Assembly (NCBI RefSeq): GCF_009914755.1
Contig: NC_060929.1
Origin: the human T2T-CHM13v2.0 reference genome, Homo sapiens
Strand: one strand, 5' to 3'
Length of the DNA: 64,000 nucleotides
The notes under the pieces are model-generated. The model was not told the DNA's origin. It worked only from the letters and a program-made list of their open reading frames with translations, and did not search any database. This document shows positions 12,457 through 26,256 of the stretch, one piece after another. Position numbers and translations under genes: made by a program. How positions within the stretch are numbered: position 1 is the first letter of the stretch; each line of letters starts with the position of its first letter.

Positions 12457-14329
12457 AATACTCATAATAATTGCATGAGGTAGGTTTTATTATCCCTGGT
12501 TTACAAATTAGGAAACTAAAGTGAAAAAACTTGCCCAAGGTCCCAGAGCTATGTGGTGGAGCAGAGATTCAGTCCTACCTCTTGAATAAAAAAGGTGAAA
12601 TTGAAGAATAGTTCTGGATTCAAACACAGGTTTTGTCATTTATTAGGAAAGCTATACAACAGTATTGTCTTTACTTAGAGACAACTGACCCGTTGTTTTA
12701 ATGTCTAGTCTAACCCTGTAATGGCCCTCCTAGCCAGACACAAACGAAACATGATGCATATGGAATTCGGCGTTTCGGAAAGATGTGCACGCCTCACAGT
12801 ACCAGTGGGAAACTACTCTTGTAAACAGCATAATTTTTAACCACCACTACCCCCACCACCACTCCCATCATGGCAAAATGCCCAAAGTCATTAGGCAGTA
12901 AGTACGTCAGTGTTTGACGTGAGTCTCAAATAAAAGTGCAGCAAGCCAGTATGCCTTGATTTCTGATGGCAAGACCTCACCGAATTGCTTATTTGAAGCC
13001 AGCACCAGAAAGAAGGGAGAAAGGGGTGATGGATTTTCCAAGGCAGGCAGTGAAACAGATACCAGAGCAACTGAGAATGACTCTAACTACCTACTTCTCT
13101 AGCGGCCTGGGAACACATCCTGGGGCATGGCTTTTTATGATCTGGTGTACTTCCTTTATGCCCTGAGATTTCCCTGTGGATCCCGGACCCTCAGGAATAC
13201 ATCATACAAGGCTCAGTCTTCTACCTAACATCTGCGTTTTGCACATTGCTACGCAGTTATCCCATCTCCCAACTGCCTGTTGGCAAATGCACAACACTTC
13301 AATCTACCCAGGTAATGCTTAGTGGGGAAATAGGATGTCAATGAATCCAGAGAACCTGTGATGATGACATAATGACTTGGCCAAGGTCATCCTGTGATGA
13401 AATGAAAAATGAAACTCAAGCTTGGTATCTGTACTGACATCTGTGGATAACCCATTAGTTTTTGGAACCTGACTTGGACACCTTAGGAGTGTCGGGTTCA
13501 CACTGTACTTGAGGAGCTTAACTGAGACTGTGTCTTCTTTTTTCCTTCCCTCTTCTCTTTGAGAAATGTGGTCTGGCAAGGAGCAGAGCAGCTTTTTCCC
13601 AGGCATTCAAGTTTGAGTTGGTTTATTTCTGGTGCACTGGGTGGGATAAGCCAGGAGACCCAACTAGGATACCCCATCCTGCTGCTAGGAATAGAAGTAG
13701 GAGGCATCCAGTTTTCCACTGAATGGGAGCCCAGGCTGAGTGACTACAACAAAGCCTCAAATTAACATAGATCAGCAGAGGGGAAAGTGCCCCAGGCAAG
13801 GATGGTGAAGTAGATGATGACAATGACAAAATAATAATAATAATAATAGCAGCTAGAATTTATTGCATTTTACATGCGTTAGCTCATGTAACCTAACCTA
13901 ACATTATTATTGATACCACATGTGTACATTTGTGGAAATACAGGCACAGAGTGATTAATTCACTTAAGTCATACAGCTCAAAGGTAGAAGAGCTCAAAAT
14001 CCAATGTCTGACATTAATAGCTGAGTTAAAGGATATTCTTTTAGACAGCAGAAACATTTTTATAATTTTTTTTATAAATGCAATCTGACCTAACACCCGG
14101 ATGACCCAAGGTTCATCTATAAAATAAACAAAACCAGAATGGCCCAACTACCATTCTGGTTGGAGGGGAAAAAGGGAAGAGGAGAGGATGCTGAAGCCTC
14201 ACTTTCTTGGCCCTCCAACTATGCCAGTCCTGGAGAGGAAGAGGAGCTTCTGTAGAACACAGTTTTTAAACCGCTGGTCTTGTCTGTCATCACCATCACC
14301 CTCCTTTTTTTTTTTTGAATGACTACATA

Positions 14330-14530
14330 TATTTTGATATATTCAAACGCCAAAAGTACATAGCAATGGAAAAGATGCACTATTCCTACATGAAACAAAT
14401 AAATGAATTTCACAGAACATCGAGTCAAAAAGCTACATATAAAAGAGTATCTAATGTTCGTTTTCATTATAAGAAATTTCAAAAACTGGTAAACCCAATC
14501 TATGGTGACAGAGGACACGAGGATGACTGA
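14330..14530 (+). mobile_element. Ancient L1M 3'UTR fragment
   Basis: ATGAATTTCACAGAACAT...AAACCCAATCTATGGTGACAGAGG resembles old L1 3'UTR. Confidence 0.5.
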
Positions 14531-14669
14531 CTAGCTTTGAGAGCATCTCTTATTTTAAAAAGTAAGAAAATAAAAGTCTAATAAAGGAAATGACTTAATA
14601 TTTGATTTAGGGTCAAAGTTGAATTCAAAGTTTCCATCTCCTACAGTATTTTTACAAATACCCAATTTC

Positions 14670-16900
14670 TTGCAAATATTTACTGAAATCTTTCTGCTTG
14701 CTAGGTGCTAGGTGCTCTTCTAGACCCTGAGCACTCAATAGTAAATAAAAAAGATAAGCTCATATTCTCATGTTGTCTGTATTCTAGTCGGGCGATATTG
14801 GCTGTAAGAAAATCAATGAATACATGAATAAATCAATTAAGAAAATACCAGATAGTAATAAGTAAAATGTAGAGAATTAAAATAGGTAAGAGATTACAAG
14901 TGACTATCTGGCTAGCTCAGATTAGATGATCAGAAAGAGGTGACTTTCAAGCTAAGACCTGAGGGACAAGAAGTGGCCAGCCACATGACAAGGAACGTGT
15001 TCCAGGCAGAAGGAACAAAGTGCCGAGGCCCTAAGGCGTGAAGGAACTTGTTCTGGTTGTGAAACAGCACTTGGTCAGTATGGTGGAGCAGAGTGAGCCA
15101 GAGAAAGAGTGGTACAAATTAAAGTCAGAGTGGTAGGAGGCAGCCAGAACATAGAGGGATTGCTAAACTGGGAAGAAGTTTGAATTTTCTGTAAGTTGAA
15201 TAGGAAAGCCACTAGAGAATTTTTAGGCAGGTGAGAATGACATGACATGATTATGTTTTGAGAAAGTCACTCTGCCTGCTTTGAAGAGAATGGATCATAG
15301 CAAAGCAAGCATGGAAGCAGGAAGATCTGTTAGAAAATGAGTGCCTAAATCCAGACCAGAGATAACAGTGGCATGAACTAGAGAAGACTGGGAATACTAG
15401 GGATATAATTTGGAGGGATTTGTTTATGGATCAGATATAGAGGAAAAAGGGAAAGAGAACTTCATGAAAATTCCAAGACTTGATTTGAACAACTTAGGGA
15501 TTGTGGAACACTAGGAAAAAGCACATATGTTGGGAAGATAAACCAAGAATTCCCATTTCAGCAAGCCAAATTTATGATGCCCATCAGACATACATGAGAA
15601 GAAGCTGAACATCCAATGGGATACAAATGGTGTCCAAAGGAGAGGTTAAGATTGGGTTTAATTTTAGGAATTCTCACATATGTATGATAAGTAAAACCAT
15701 GGAGCCAGATGAGGTTACCTGGATGAAGAGGAGATAGAGAAGCTGAGCAGTGATCTGAGGCATTCAAACATCAAGAGAGAGAATGAGGCAGGAGCCAACA
15801 GAGGTCTCAGAGAAGGCATGGCCAGAGAAGAAGGAACGAAGGAGAGCATGATTTCACAGCAGCCAGAAAAATGTTTCCAGAAAAGGGAATGATGATCCAT
15901 GATAAATACTACTAAGGCATCAAGTAAGATGAGAAGAGAAAAGTGATTTGGATTTAGCACTCCAAGCATACTCAGCGGAATGGGGGGACTGACCGCAGTG
16001 GGTGGAGGAGCAAATGTGAGATAAGGAAGTAGAGAAAGATTATGATGACCCTTTTGAAGTAGAAGGTGAGACTCAACTCCAGAGGTGAGGCTCAGACACC
16101 AGACCAGATCGAGGACTAGCTGAAACAGGGAAGAGGCAAAAACACCTCTCCATGAGACACATCCACCAGTGCTATATCAGTTCACCACTGCCATGGCAAC
16201 ACCCAGAAGTTGCTGCCCCTTTCCAATGGCAACAACCTGACAACCCAGAAGTTACTTCCTATTCTAGAAATGTCTGCATACTCTTCTCTTTAATTTGCAT
16301 ATAATTAAAAGTGAGTATTCACACTTTAATATATGCAAATTTGCATATATGAAATATAAATTTGCATATATTAAACATATGACTACTTACTTTTAATTAT
16401 ATGCAAATTAAAGAGAAGACTATGCAGAAGGCGCTCAGAATTGCCTCTGAGCTGCCACTCTAGGCACATGGCCTATGGGGTAGCTCTGCTCCACAAGGAG
16501 CAGTAACTCTGCTGTTACTATACACTGCCACTTCAATAAAAGTTGCTGTCTAACACCACTGGCTTACCCTTGAATTCTTTACTGGGTGAAGCAAGAACCT
16601 CCATGGGCTAAGCTCCAGTTTTGGAGCTTGCCTACCCTGGATTACTTTCAAGAAGGTTTTCTGTGGAAGAAAGCCGAGAAATTAGATGGTAGTCTAGAGG
16701 AAGATGTAAAATCAAGGAAGTTCTTCTTTCTGTTTGATATTGCTTTTAATTGGAGACATTTGTGCCTGTTTTTAATGTTTATGGGATTAATCCAATAGAG
16801 AAGAAAAAATGAGATATAGGAGGGATTTTTTTGCCCTTGAGAGGGAAAAAAGCCATTGAGAATATAAGAGTAGATGGAATCCAGAGTGATAGTGGAAGGG
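14670..16900 (-). mobile_element. L2 LINE relic, interrupted by an LTR at 16055-16644
   Basis: Typical antisense-L2 purine-rich motifs (TTCCAGGCAGAAGGAAC, GAAAGTCACTCTG, GATGCCCATCAGACAT, ATGGAATCCAGAG). Confidence 0.75.
16055..16644 (+). mobile_element. ERV1 solo LTR (MER66-like) containing an internal palindrome
   Basis: TGAAGTAGAAGG...GAGGACTAGCTGAAACAGGG; AATAAA at 16535-16540; 4-bp TSD CTTT (16051-16054, 16645-16648), the length typical of ERV1. Confidence 0.8.
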
Positions 16901-17374
16901 GCTTCATTTTTCGTAATGGAAAAGTAATATTTTTACCAAAAAAAAAAAAAAATCACATTGTACAGGACTTTTCCAAGTGTACTTGGCTTTAGCAATCATC
17001 CTCTTCCCCAAGCCATGTGGCAACAAAGAAAAAAATCCCTACATACTTCCAACTACTTCATGTGGGGTACAATACTGCTCCACTGAGTACCAACTAACAA
17101 TTTTCTACCTGTTCCCTTTCTTGCTTGTCCCCAGCACTGGGCACCAAGTCTCAGGGCCAAGTAAAGGGATTTTTAAACTGAGAAAGGGATCAGGGGTTCT
17201 GGGGAAAGGTGATACAGCAAAGTTCTGCCCTGGGATCAAGACCAACAGCTGGTAAAGCCCAGTTGGTAAGCGATTCTGAACGCCTCCTGAGAACCATTGC
17301 AACTTCCCAGTTAGAATAGTTGTCCCCGGCCTTCAAGATGTAATGTTCCATTCCTCTGCTTCTATCTATGATAG

Positions 17375-18070
17375 AGTAGCTTGTAACTTCCACAAGAACC
17401 AGTGAGAAACCTGGATGAAATACAAAATTTTAAAAATCTGTTTGAAGCCATCAAAGAGCAACTAGGACTTAAGAGACAAGATTATAAAGAGGATATGAGC
17501 CCCACTTCTGTTTTCCCCCTTGGGACATTTGCTGAGTCTTAAGCTGTCAGAGCAAGAGGCTAAAAGGCCAAGCAGAAAGTGTTGGAAGAGCTCAGGAGAA
17601 GTTTTAGCAGGCTCACAGTGCTCTGGAAACAAAAATTGGAATCCAGGAGCAACCAAGTAAGAAACGGTCCTGATAAACACCTAAAGATCTCACTTAGAAC
17701 CCCTGGAGGGCTATAGGCTCACCACAGAAATTAGGCAGAGATAAGGCAGTCTTAACAAAGGCCAAAATCAATCTTTACTCAGCTGAGTCCTAATTGGATT
17801 GAATTACTCTAACTGCCTGCCAGAAAAGAAAATCTGTCATCTTGCATATACCAAATACAACTTATATATCAAGAAACAGTACCAAAAAGAAAAACAGACA
17901 ACAGAAAGCAATCCTGAGGTATTCCAAATACGAGTTATCAAACACAGACTTTCAAATAACTGTGATAAATATGTTCAAAAAAGTAGATGACACGCAGAGA
18001 ATTTCACTACAGAATTGAAATCTATAAAATGAAATCAAAAGCATATTTTAGAATTGAAAGATCCAATAAC
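17375..18070 (+). mobile_element. Ancient L1M 5'UTR/ORF1-region relic
   Basis: A-rich motifs resembling old L1 5' and ORF1 sequence (CAGACTTTCAAATAACTGTGATAAATATGTTCAA, GAGAATTTCACTACAGAATTGAAATC). Confidence 0.5.
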
Positions 18071-21000
18071 AGAAAGGCCTCTCTGTTCTGTGACCACATT
18101 TCCTCAATGTCTATGCTTGGTGGAGGAATCCACTCCAGGTGGCAGGGGTTGGGGGCAGGAGAAAGAAAGAAAAGAAATATTGGCTCATATTTGCAAGGGG
18201 CTCCAAACAACTGGCTTTTTCCTCTGCCCTCCAAGTATTGGACTGGGGCCCTGGTCACGAGACCGCCAAGTTGGCTTGAGCAGTGGTTCTAAAATGAATT
18301 TTTGAAAACAATAAATAAATCTTAGGATGTCATAGACATGAATCAGGAGCCAGTGAGGGAGACAAGGGGCTCAAAGACTTGCTTCCTCCTACCTGGCTGA
18401 CATCAGCTGCCCCTTATATTCAATATCCAAAGCCCCTTTATACCTTCTCAGTGAGTGGTCATCTAGCCTTGTCTGGAGACCTGTTGGGGCAGGGCAGCCC
18501 AGCAGTTTATGAGTTAGCCCATTTTTTTTCCTTCTGGATACCATCTAATAACACCTCCCCAGGATCTTGTCCTCAAGTGTCTAAACCTCTTGTACTATTT
18601 ACATGGTCCTTTGCGGTCTAGTCCTGCCTCTCTCTCCAGCCTCATTTCTTCCCACACCTTATGCTCCACATTCCAGCCACACTACATGTCTTCCAAATCC
18701 TCACCGTACCAGGCTCCTGTTTCCAAGGCCTTGCATATGCAGTCTGCCCTTCCAGAATGCTTTTACCCATCCACCTTTGGCTCACAAAATTCCTACTTCA
18801 CCTTTGGTCCTAGCATTGATGTTATACTTTGGAGGAAGCTGCTAGTAATTTTTCCCCCAATCCAATCTAGATTAAATGTTCCTCCCAAGTTTTCCATAGC
18901 ACCCTATAGCTCCCCCATTACAGCAAGTACCACCTTGGATTGTAACTGCCCAATCACTTGTCTGTCTATAGCTATGTGTAGGCAAGGACCATTGCCTGTG
19001 TTTTTCATTGTAGGCATATAGCCTACAGACTGCCTCGTGTATTCCAAGGGCTTATTAGGAAGAAATAAATGAATGGGTGGTAAAGCACTTAGCACAGCAC
19101 CTGCCGCATACCTCGCATTCATTCATTATTTATTGATTACGGTCCAGAGGCTTAGGACAGCTCCTAGGTCTGTCATTAATTCTAGGATTACTGGTAATAA
19201 AGTCACCTCTCTCTTTCTTGGGCCAGGTTCTCCATCTGTAAAGGAAAAGCACTGGGTCAGCTCCCAAAAGGCCTTTCCAGATTTCCTTTCTGTCCTTATG
19301 CACTAGGGAGCCCTATATCGGCTAGGCCCTATATGGCAAGGCAGAGAGAGACCCAGAGCCCTGAGCCACAGCACTGTGTTGGCAGCACTGACAGATCCAA
19401 CTTCTGGCTGCCAGCCTCTCACTTTGAGTCCACTGCCAGCTTGGCTGGGAGACCTGCTGGGAACTTACAGGAACATTCTGAGGAAATGCAAACTTCACTC
19501 ATCAGCAATAGGGAGCCTGTGTGAAAGGAGGCCTGGGGTGTTGCCTGGGGATATATGCCTGAAGCCAAGTCCCAGATAAATACAGCTTCAGTTCTCTGGG
19601 CCCATGGAGCCTGTTCTTCTCAAGGAGAGGCCTAATGTCTTAAATACACAGCCACTGGCTCCAGGCACAGCATTTCCTAACCCCTGTGGGACTCTATTTT
19701 ATCTGTGCTTAACCCATAATGGCTTAAACAGGTTTAGAACAAGCTATCTGCCTCCAGGTCTGGAACTTTAAAAAGGCCGAATGGTGTGATAGACGGAAAT
19801 GCTTCACTCTGGGAGGACCAAGGCCCAAGTCCTACCTGCCTTGGCAAATAACTCACTCCTAATGTGACTCTAAAAATGGCCCTGCCCCTTTCTGTGTCTC
19901 AGTTTCCACACCTGTGAAATGGGAGTGTTCTCCCATAGCCCCTGGGCCGCAATACTCAGATTCTTTGACAACTATGAAGTTTGTCCCTGACACCCAAAGG
20001 AATCATGACAATGGGAATGCCTCTGTCTTCACCTTTCATTATAGTTATTTTATATTGCTCTTTCACCACTGTCTGAGTTGGGCTCCCAAACAGATCTGTG
20101 AGACAAATTAGGAGACACAGAATAAACCATTTAATTTCTGTTTCTTAGAGGAATATTAAACATTTGGCTTGCAAGCTTTTAAGACAGAATCATAGACCAT
20201 AAAACTATTTAATAAGTACAATGTACTAAAAATATCCTTTACTGAGACAGATTGGTGAAATTAAAAGAGCACCAGCTTAAAGATCAGGAAGCCAGATGCT
20301 GTTCTCTGCTCAGGCCCAGCCTCAATCATGTGGCCCTGGGCAGGCACCTCCTCAACTTGACCTCAGTTTTGCCCTTTTTACAATGGTATCTATAAGTTCT
20401 TCTTGGCTCTGCTATTCTGGAATTATCTTATGTAGAATAAGTCTTCCCAAGCTGTGTGGGGCTTTTCCTGGTAGATTTGAGGGAAGTTTTGTTCTGTTTT
20501 GTTTTATTGTTTGCTTACCCTGCTACTGCCAGTGAAGTCAACACTACAAGCAGACAGTAAGCCAGGAAACATTTCTCCCTGTCAGGTCAGCACATCCCAT
20601 TAGGTGGATCTGGTGCTCAAGTTTATTAGATCAGGAGACCGATGCTGGGGAAGGCTCACAGAGTGGTCTGAGTCAGTTGCTCTACCATGAGGTTGGAGTG
20701 TAGTAGATTCAACATCCTGTGTACATCTCCTGATCAATGGCCAATCCCATCTTCCAGATTGGAAATGAAACCCACAGTAGTTTGAAATCTAGTTGGTGTC
20801 CCCCCAAGTACTTACCAGCAAAGTTATTATTTAGCTCATTACTTCCTAAATCATACCAGTGGAAAAATTAAGACTCAGGGGCATGAGGGCTTCTGTGAGA
20901 TTGGGCACACCAGATTCTGAGGTTTACAGACCTTGGATGCAGGCTCTTCTCGAGTGAGGTTGAGTAGTTGCACCTGTGCTCTGCACCCTACAAATGACAG

Positions 21001-22820
21001 TCAGTGTTAAGATCATTTACAAGGGAGTTTTAAAAAGAGGAGAGGCTCATTGGAGAAAAAGTAGGGAAACAAATAAGAAGGTAGAAGAGAAATTTAAAAA
21101 AAGCTAGAGGGAATGAGAGTATGTACCATGAAACACTTAGAATACCTCAAATTAGTCTCCGAAAAAAGAAAATAAAGTTTCCAAAAAGTTTGGACAATAC
21201 TGACTACTTTATCTCACCTCTTGGAAATTTATATCCTGTAATAGCACATCAAAATCCTTGTAAAGTTCTGTGATTTAAAAAAACAAAACAAAACAAAACA
21301 AACAACCATTTAAGCTTAACCTAGTACAAGCAAACTTTTTGATCATGGAATCCAGTTTTCTTGCAATGCTTATCAACAATCCTGGAATACAGTGTCAGAA
21401 AAACTGATCTAAGGAAACCCAGTATGCTGGAGTGAAGAGGTATAAAGAGGAAACTGGTCCCTGTCTGTAAGGAGCTTACAAAAGAGAGATGAGAATTGCC
21501 TAGATGAAGAATCTTACGGGTATTAAAGTTAAAGATAGAGAGGGGATCGTTATTATCCAGGTAAGCGGTATAGGCAGCACATGTTGTGCTTTCATTGGTT
21601 TATTCACAAGTTTCTGGACCACCTACTACATACAGACACCATACTGTGCCCTGGGATTCACCGTGAGGGCAAGGAAGACTGACCTCTCCACCTCTATGGC
21701 TTAACCTCTGGTGGGGAGAGAGAGAGAAAAAAAAAGTAAGTGTAGATGTAAGTAAATATAGAATTACATGTTGTGAAAAGAACCCTGAAGGAAATGAGGA
21801 GCAGGGTTCTCTGATGAAGTAAGGGGGACACCTGCCTGCTCTGGGGTCAACAGTGATGGGCTTTCCAAGGAAGTGACATTTAAGTTTCAGTTTGAAAGAT
21901 GAAAAGAAGCCAGGCATGATGCAAATGGGGCAAAAGGATCAAAACATACTTCATAGAGCAAGTTGAGGCTGTGGGCTTGGCTCAGAGCCTAAGTAGGTTA
22001 GAGAGGGAGAAACGGGTATGCAGTCATTTCTTGATTTAAGCAATGTGCTATCGAGTCTCTAACATGAGCCATCAAGCCAAATGTGCAACAGTGAGCAAAC
22101 TGACAGGCCTTGGCTTTTCTAGAACGTTCTATGGGAAAAGATGCAGAAGCAGCATAAGCATGTAACAAAACAAGGTAACTTCAGATATTGAACAATGCTA
22201 TGAAGAAAATGAAGCAGAGTAATGTGATAGAGAGTGGGGTGGGGGTGCGGGGAAGAGACAGTACTTAAAAAGTTTATCAGAGATGGCCTCTCTCTCCATT
22301 TGGTACTTGAACTGAGATCTGAATGACAAAAAGGAGAGGGCTATATAAAAAGCTGTCTGGGAAAAACACATCCCAGAGAAAGGAAGAGGCAAGACCTGAG
22401 GTGGAGCATAAGTTCATGTTCTAGGAATCCAAGGAAAGCTTCTAAGTGACAGGAGCAACATGACAAATGACAGGGAGGGAAGAAAGTTACGTTTTCTTTA
22501 ACTATCCTTTGCTAAAATAGAGCTCTCAAGCACAGAAGTGAAGAATTAAATATTTGGAAAAGTAGTCTGTGGCCCCATTGTAGAAAACTTGAATGTCAGG
22601 GTAAAGAGATGAGACAAGTTCTCTACATGTTTTCTAATGTCACGTACAAGACATTGTTCCCAGGCACAGCACACTCCTACTGGCTTATCCACAAGTTTTA
22701 CTACTTTTATTATTACAATTACACTTTTTATTATTACCCACCAAAATGCTGTGGGGTAGGGGGTGTAAGAAACCGCAATAGTTTATGAATAACTATTTAT
22801 AACACTTTAAAAATGGCAAA

Positions 22821-23302
22821 TATGGCAGAAATTGCTTCCTGTCCCCCAATATCTACTCTTTCATTCTTCCCCTGTAATATGGCTGCCAAATTTCAAGTTG
22901 AAACACGGCTACATTTCCCAGGATTCCCTGTAGCTAGGCTCAGCCATGTGACTAAGTTCTGCCCAATGGGATGTTGTAAGCAGAAGTAGAAAAGTCAGGT
23001 TCTGGATTGTGTCCTTAAGGGAGGGGGCGTATCCTTTATTCCCCTCCATCTTCTCCCTGCTATCTGGATTATGGATCTGATGGTTGGGTTTCCACTCAGG
23101 ATGGTGACATGAGGGGACACACCTGAGGATGATAGAGAATTGGAAGAAACCTGGATCCTGGATGCCTGTGGAGGCTCCATACCAGCCGTGAACTGTCTAC
23201 ATGAAGAGTTTCACATGGCAGAGAGGTAGACTTCTCTCTGTTTAAGCCACTGTTCTTCTAGGTCTTTGTTAAACGCATCTAAAGCTGGATGCTAACTAAT
23301 AT
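22821..23302 (+). mobile_element. Old MLT1-type LTR
   Basis: GCCATGTGACTAAGTTCTGCCCAATGGGATG and TTTAAGCCACTG...CTAACTAATA motifs. Confidence 0.6.
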
Positions 23303-23626
23303 AGTCACTTCTTACAAGTTGTAGCAATAAATAAAATAAGCCTATTATAATGTAAATGAATTAGAAGGTATGTATTAAAAAGATAGCCTTGAACCCATTT
23401 TACATATACATTTTTACGGTAAAATTTTCACAAATATCTGTACTTTCAAATATTTTCACATTCACTTACAACACAACTGACAAAAAATCATAGCATCATT
23501 TGTGTCATGACACTAAGGTAGACAATGCTGTGTATAACACAAATTGGTAACTCCATGAAGCTGAGGACAGCTGCCTCTCCAGAGCAGCTGGAACTGGGCT
23601 CCAATTAGAAATCACGTGATTCCTTA

Positions 23627-23911
23627 GCCGGGCACAGTGGCTCATACCTGTAACGCCAGCACTTTGGGAGGCATAGGCAGGAGGATCACTTGAGATCAGG
23701 AGCTCAAGACAGACCTGGGCAACATAGCGAGACCTCTACAAAAACTTTTAAAATTAGCCAGGCATAGTGGTGTGCTACTATAATCCTAGCTATTCCGGAG
23801 GCTGATCCCTTGAGCCCAGGAGGTCAAGGCTGCAGTAAGCTATGATCGTGTCACTGCACTCCAGCCTGGGCGACAGAGCGAGACCCTGTCTCTAAAAATA
23901 AATGAATAAGT
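23627..23911 (+). mobile_element. Alu (AluJ-like)
   Basis: Dimeric Alu with GAGCCCAGGAGGTCAAGGCTGCAGT; TSD AAATCACGTGATTC (23609-23622) / AAATCATGCGATTC (23912-23925). Confidence 0.93.
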
Positions 23912-23949
23912 AAATCATGCGATTCTCATCAAAAGCGACGTAGCCTGTG

Positions 23950-24530
23950 GACTAACTTTGGCATCTTACAAAGTTAAACATAATCTCCACCACATGACCC
24001 AGCAATTCTACTACTAGGTATTTGCCCAAAGGAAATGAAAACATTTGTCCAAACAAAGAGTTGTACATGAATGTTCAGAGAACTTTATTCAAGTAGCCAA
24101 AAACTGGAAACAACCCAGATGTCTATCAGCAAGAGAATGCATAAACAAATTGTCATATGGTACACGCAATGGAATGCTTCTCAGCAATTAAAAGGATTGA
24201 ACTACTAATACATATAGCATTGTAGATGAATCTCAAAAATTTTATGGATGTCAGAGTACATCCTGGATGATCCCATTTATAGATCCTAGAAACAGCCAAA
24301 CCCATCTGTAGAAACAGAAAGCAGGTCAGTGGTTGCCTGTGGCTGCAGGAGGAGTGGGACTGACTGCAGAGGGGCACAAGGGAACTTTCTAGAATGATAG
24401 AATTGTTCTATATCTTAATTGGGGTGGTGATCTAACAAATGTATACCTTGGTCAAAACTCTTCACTGTACGGTGAAAATAAGTGCATTTTCTTGTATGTA
24501 ATTTACATTTTAATAAAGTTGACTTTTAAA
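23950..24530 (+). mobile_element. Ancient L1M 3' end
   Basis: ATGACCCAGCAATTCTACTACTAGGTATTT...AACTGGAAACAACCCAGATGTC...AATAAAGTTGAC. Confidence 0.75.
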
Positions 24531-25090
24531 GTTATTTTGAAAAATTACCAAACTAAACCAAGAAAAAAATGCTTTAAAGAAAGAAGGTAAATAGTGATTT
24601 TAAATATGAGTCCTAATTTAATGTCAAAAGTGGATATTCTGAATTGCAGCAGTATTTTTAAAGCAAACTGTTTCTCACATGAACACTCTGGATAGCTGTG
24701 CTCCAGGAAGAGAGGCAGTAGGGACTGATTTCCTGAAAAAACAGCTCCAGGAGCTGCCAGTGGATAGCAGGGAGGTGAGGCAGGAGTGCATGGAGGAGCC
24801 AGACTTGATTGGGTATGACACACCCTAGGGCAGGGCTCAAATGATCTGTGAAGGGCCAGGTGTCTTTTGTTTCTGTTGCTTGTTTGTTTATTTGTTTTGT
24901 AAAACTAAAAAAAAAAAAAAAAAAAAAATCCCATCTGCTAGAGGTCACAGAAATGAAAGTTCAACTTATTCTCCATGTATGTGCTAATGTCATCGCAGAT
25001 CATAGCAACGTGCACAGATTGGCGCTGGTGCACAGAGCCACTTTCAGCAACACTGCCCTGGGGGTTCCTGGAACTACTTGGGGTGCACTC

Positions 25091-25315
25091 TGGAAGAGAC
25101 CAAGGTCCCATGTAAGCAAACAGAGGCAGAAGTCAGAGACAAGTGGGTCATGATTATGAATATGCGGTCCTGTTTGTCCACAGTGCGTGGTGAGGGCTGA
25201 GGAAATGTGCTTACAAATATTTCAGAACAGGTACAGGAGGCTGACAAAACGCTGTTTTGGAAAGACTCATCTGGCAGCACACCAAGGCTGGTGGGGCACA
25301 AACAGACTTGAATCC
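25091..25315 (+). repeat. Direct repeat, copy 1 (~225 bp)
   Basis: Aligns by eye to 26257-26480 with about 11 differences. Confidence 0.95.
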
Positions 25316-26256
25316 TGGAGACTGATGAGGAGGTTGATGCAACCAACCAGGTGGGAGATGGGTGACCGGGATTTGAACCATAGTAGAAGCTGTGGAAAGG
25401 AGGAAATGGAAGGCAGAAGATGAGGAAAGGAAGGGTCAACAATGACTGGTGACTTGTCAGGGGCCTGGGGGATGGAGACCAAGTCAGAGCTGGCCTGTGA
25501 CACAGGAAGGAGCAGGTATTCTGAGGAATGAGGGGGAAAATGGGGAGAAAAACTTGAGTCTATGGCCTCCATCTGCTCTGGGAAATAGGAAGTGGGTTCT
25601 TGGGCGTGCCAGTGCTCCCTGACCTGGTGGTTCCTGAGGGCTGACTCTGCCTGCCTTGGCCTCCTGCCCAGCAATCCCTGACCCACTGCCGCCCACAGCA
25701 CCACCCACAGTGGAAGACAAAGGGAGACAAACAGAGGGGTGCCTTTGTGCATGCCATTTCCCCGTGCCTGGCATGCGAGCTTCCTCCCACCCATTCTCTA
25801 ACTATGACTCCTCCTCACCCAGGCCCAGCCTTGATATCACTGCAGAAGGAGCCAGGCCCCGCTGTATGTGGCCATGACACTCAAATGTATTACAGCACAC
25901 ATGTCCCATCACGAAGCAGCTGCTTATATGTCCATCTGCCCTCCCACAATGCAGGTTCACCATAGGGGTTGGATCCAGCTTGCATTTCACCAACCTTTAG
26001 CACAGTGCCTGATGCAAGTCACTGTGCTCAGGAAGCAACATAAACAAGTGAGGATGGAGCACATTGAAGGACAGACAAACACAGGCAGAAAGGTCATGTG
26101 AAATGGGCTCAGCTGGTGTGGAGGTGAATGGGAGCCAGAGGTCACACGGACTCTGCTTTTCTCCACCCTGTGATACACGTATGTTAACTATTATTTGAAA
26201 CTGAACTTCTGTCATTCCAGACAGTTTAGCAGCTGCTCTCTGAATAAAAACACAAT

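Noticed and set aside
21552-21566. Strong splice-donor-like CAG/GTAAG as evidence for an exon
   Set aside because: Isolated motif with no supported acceptor or coding frame; transcript data would be needed.
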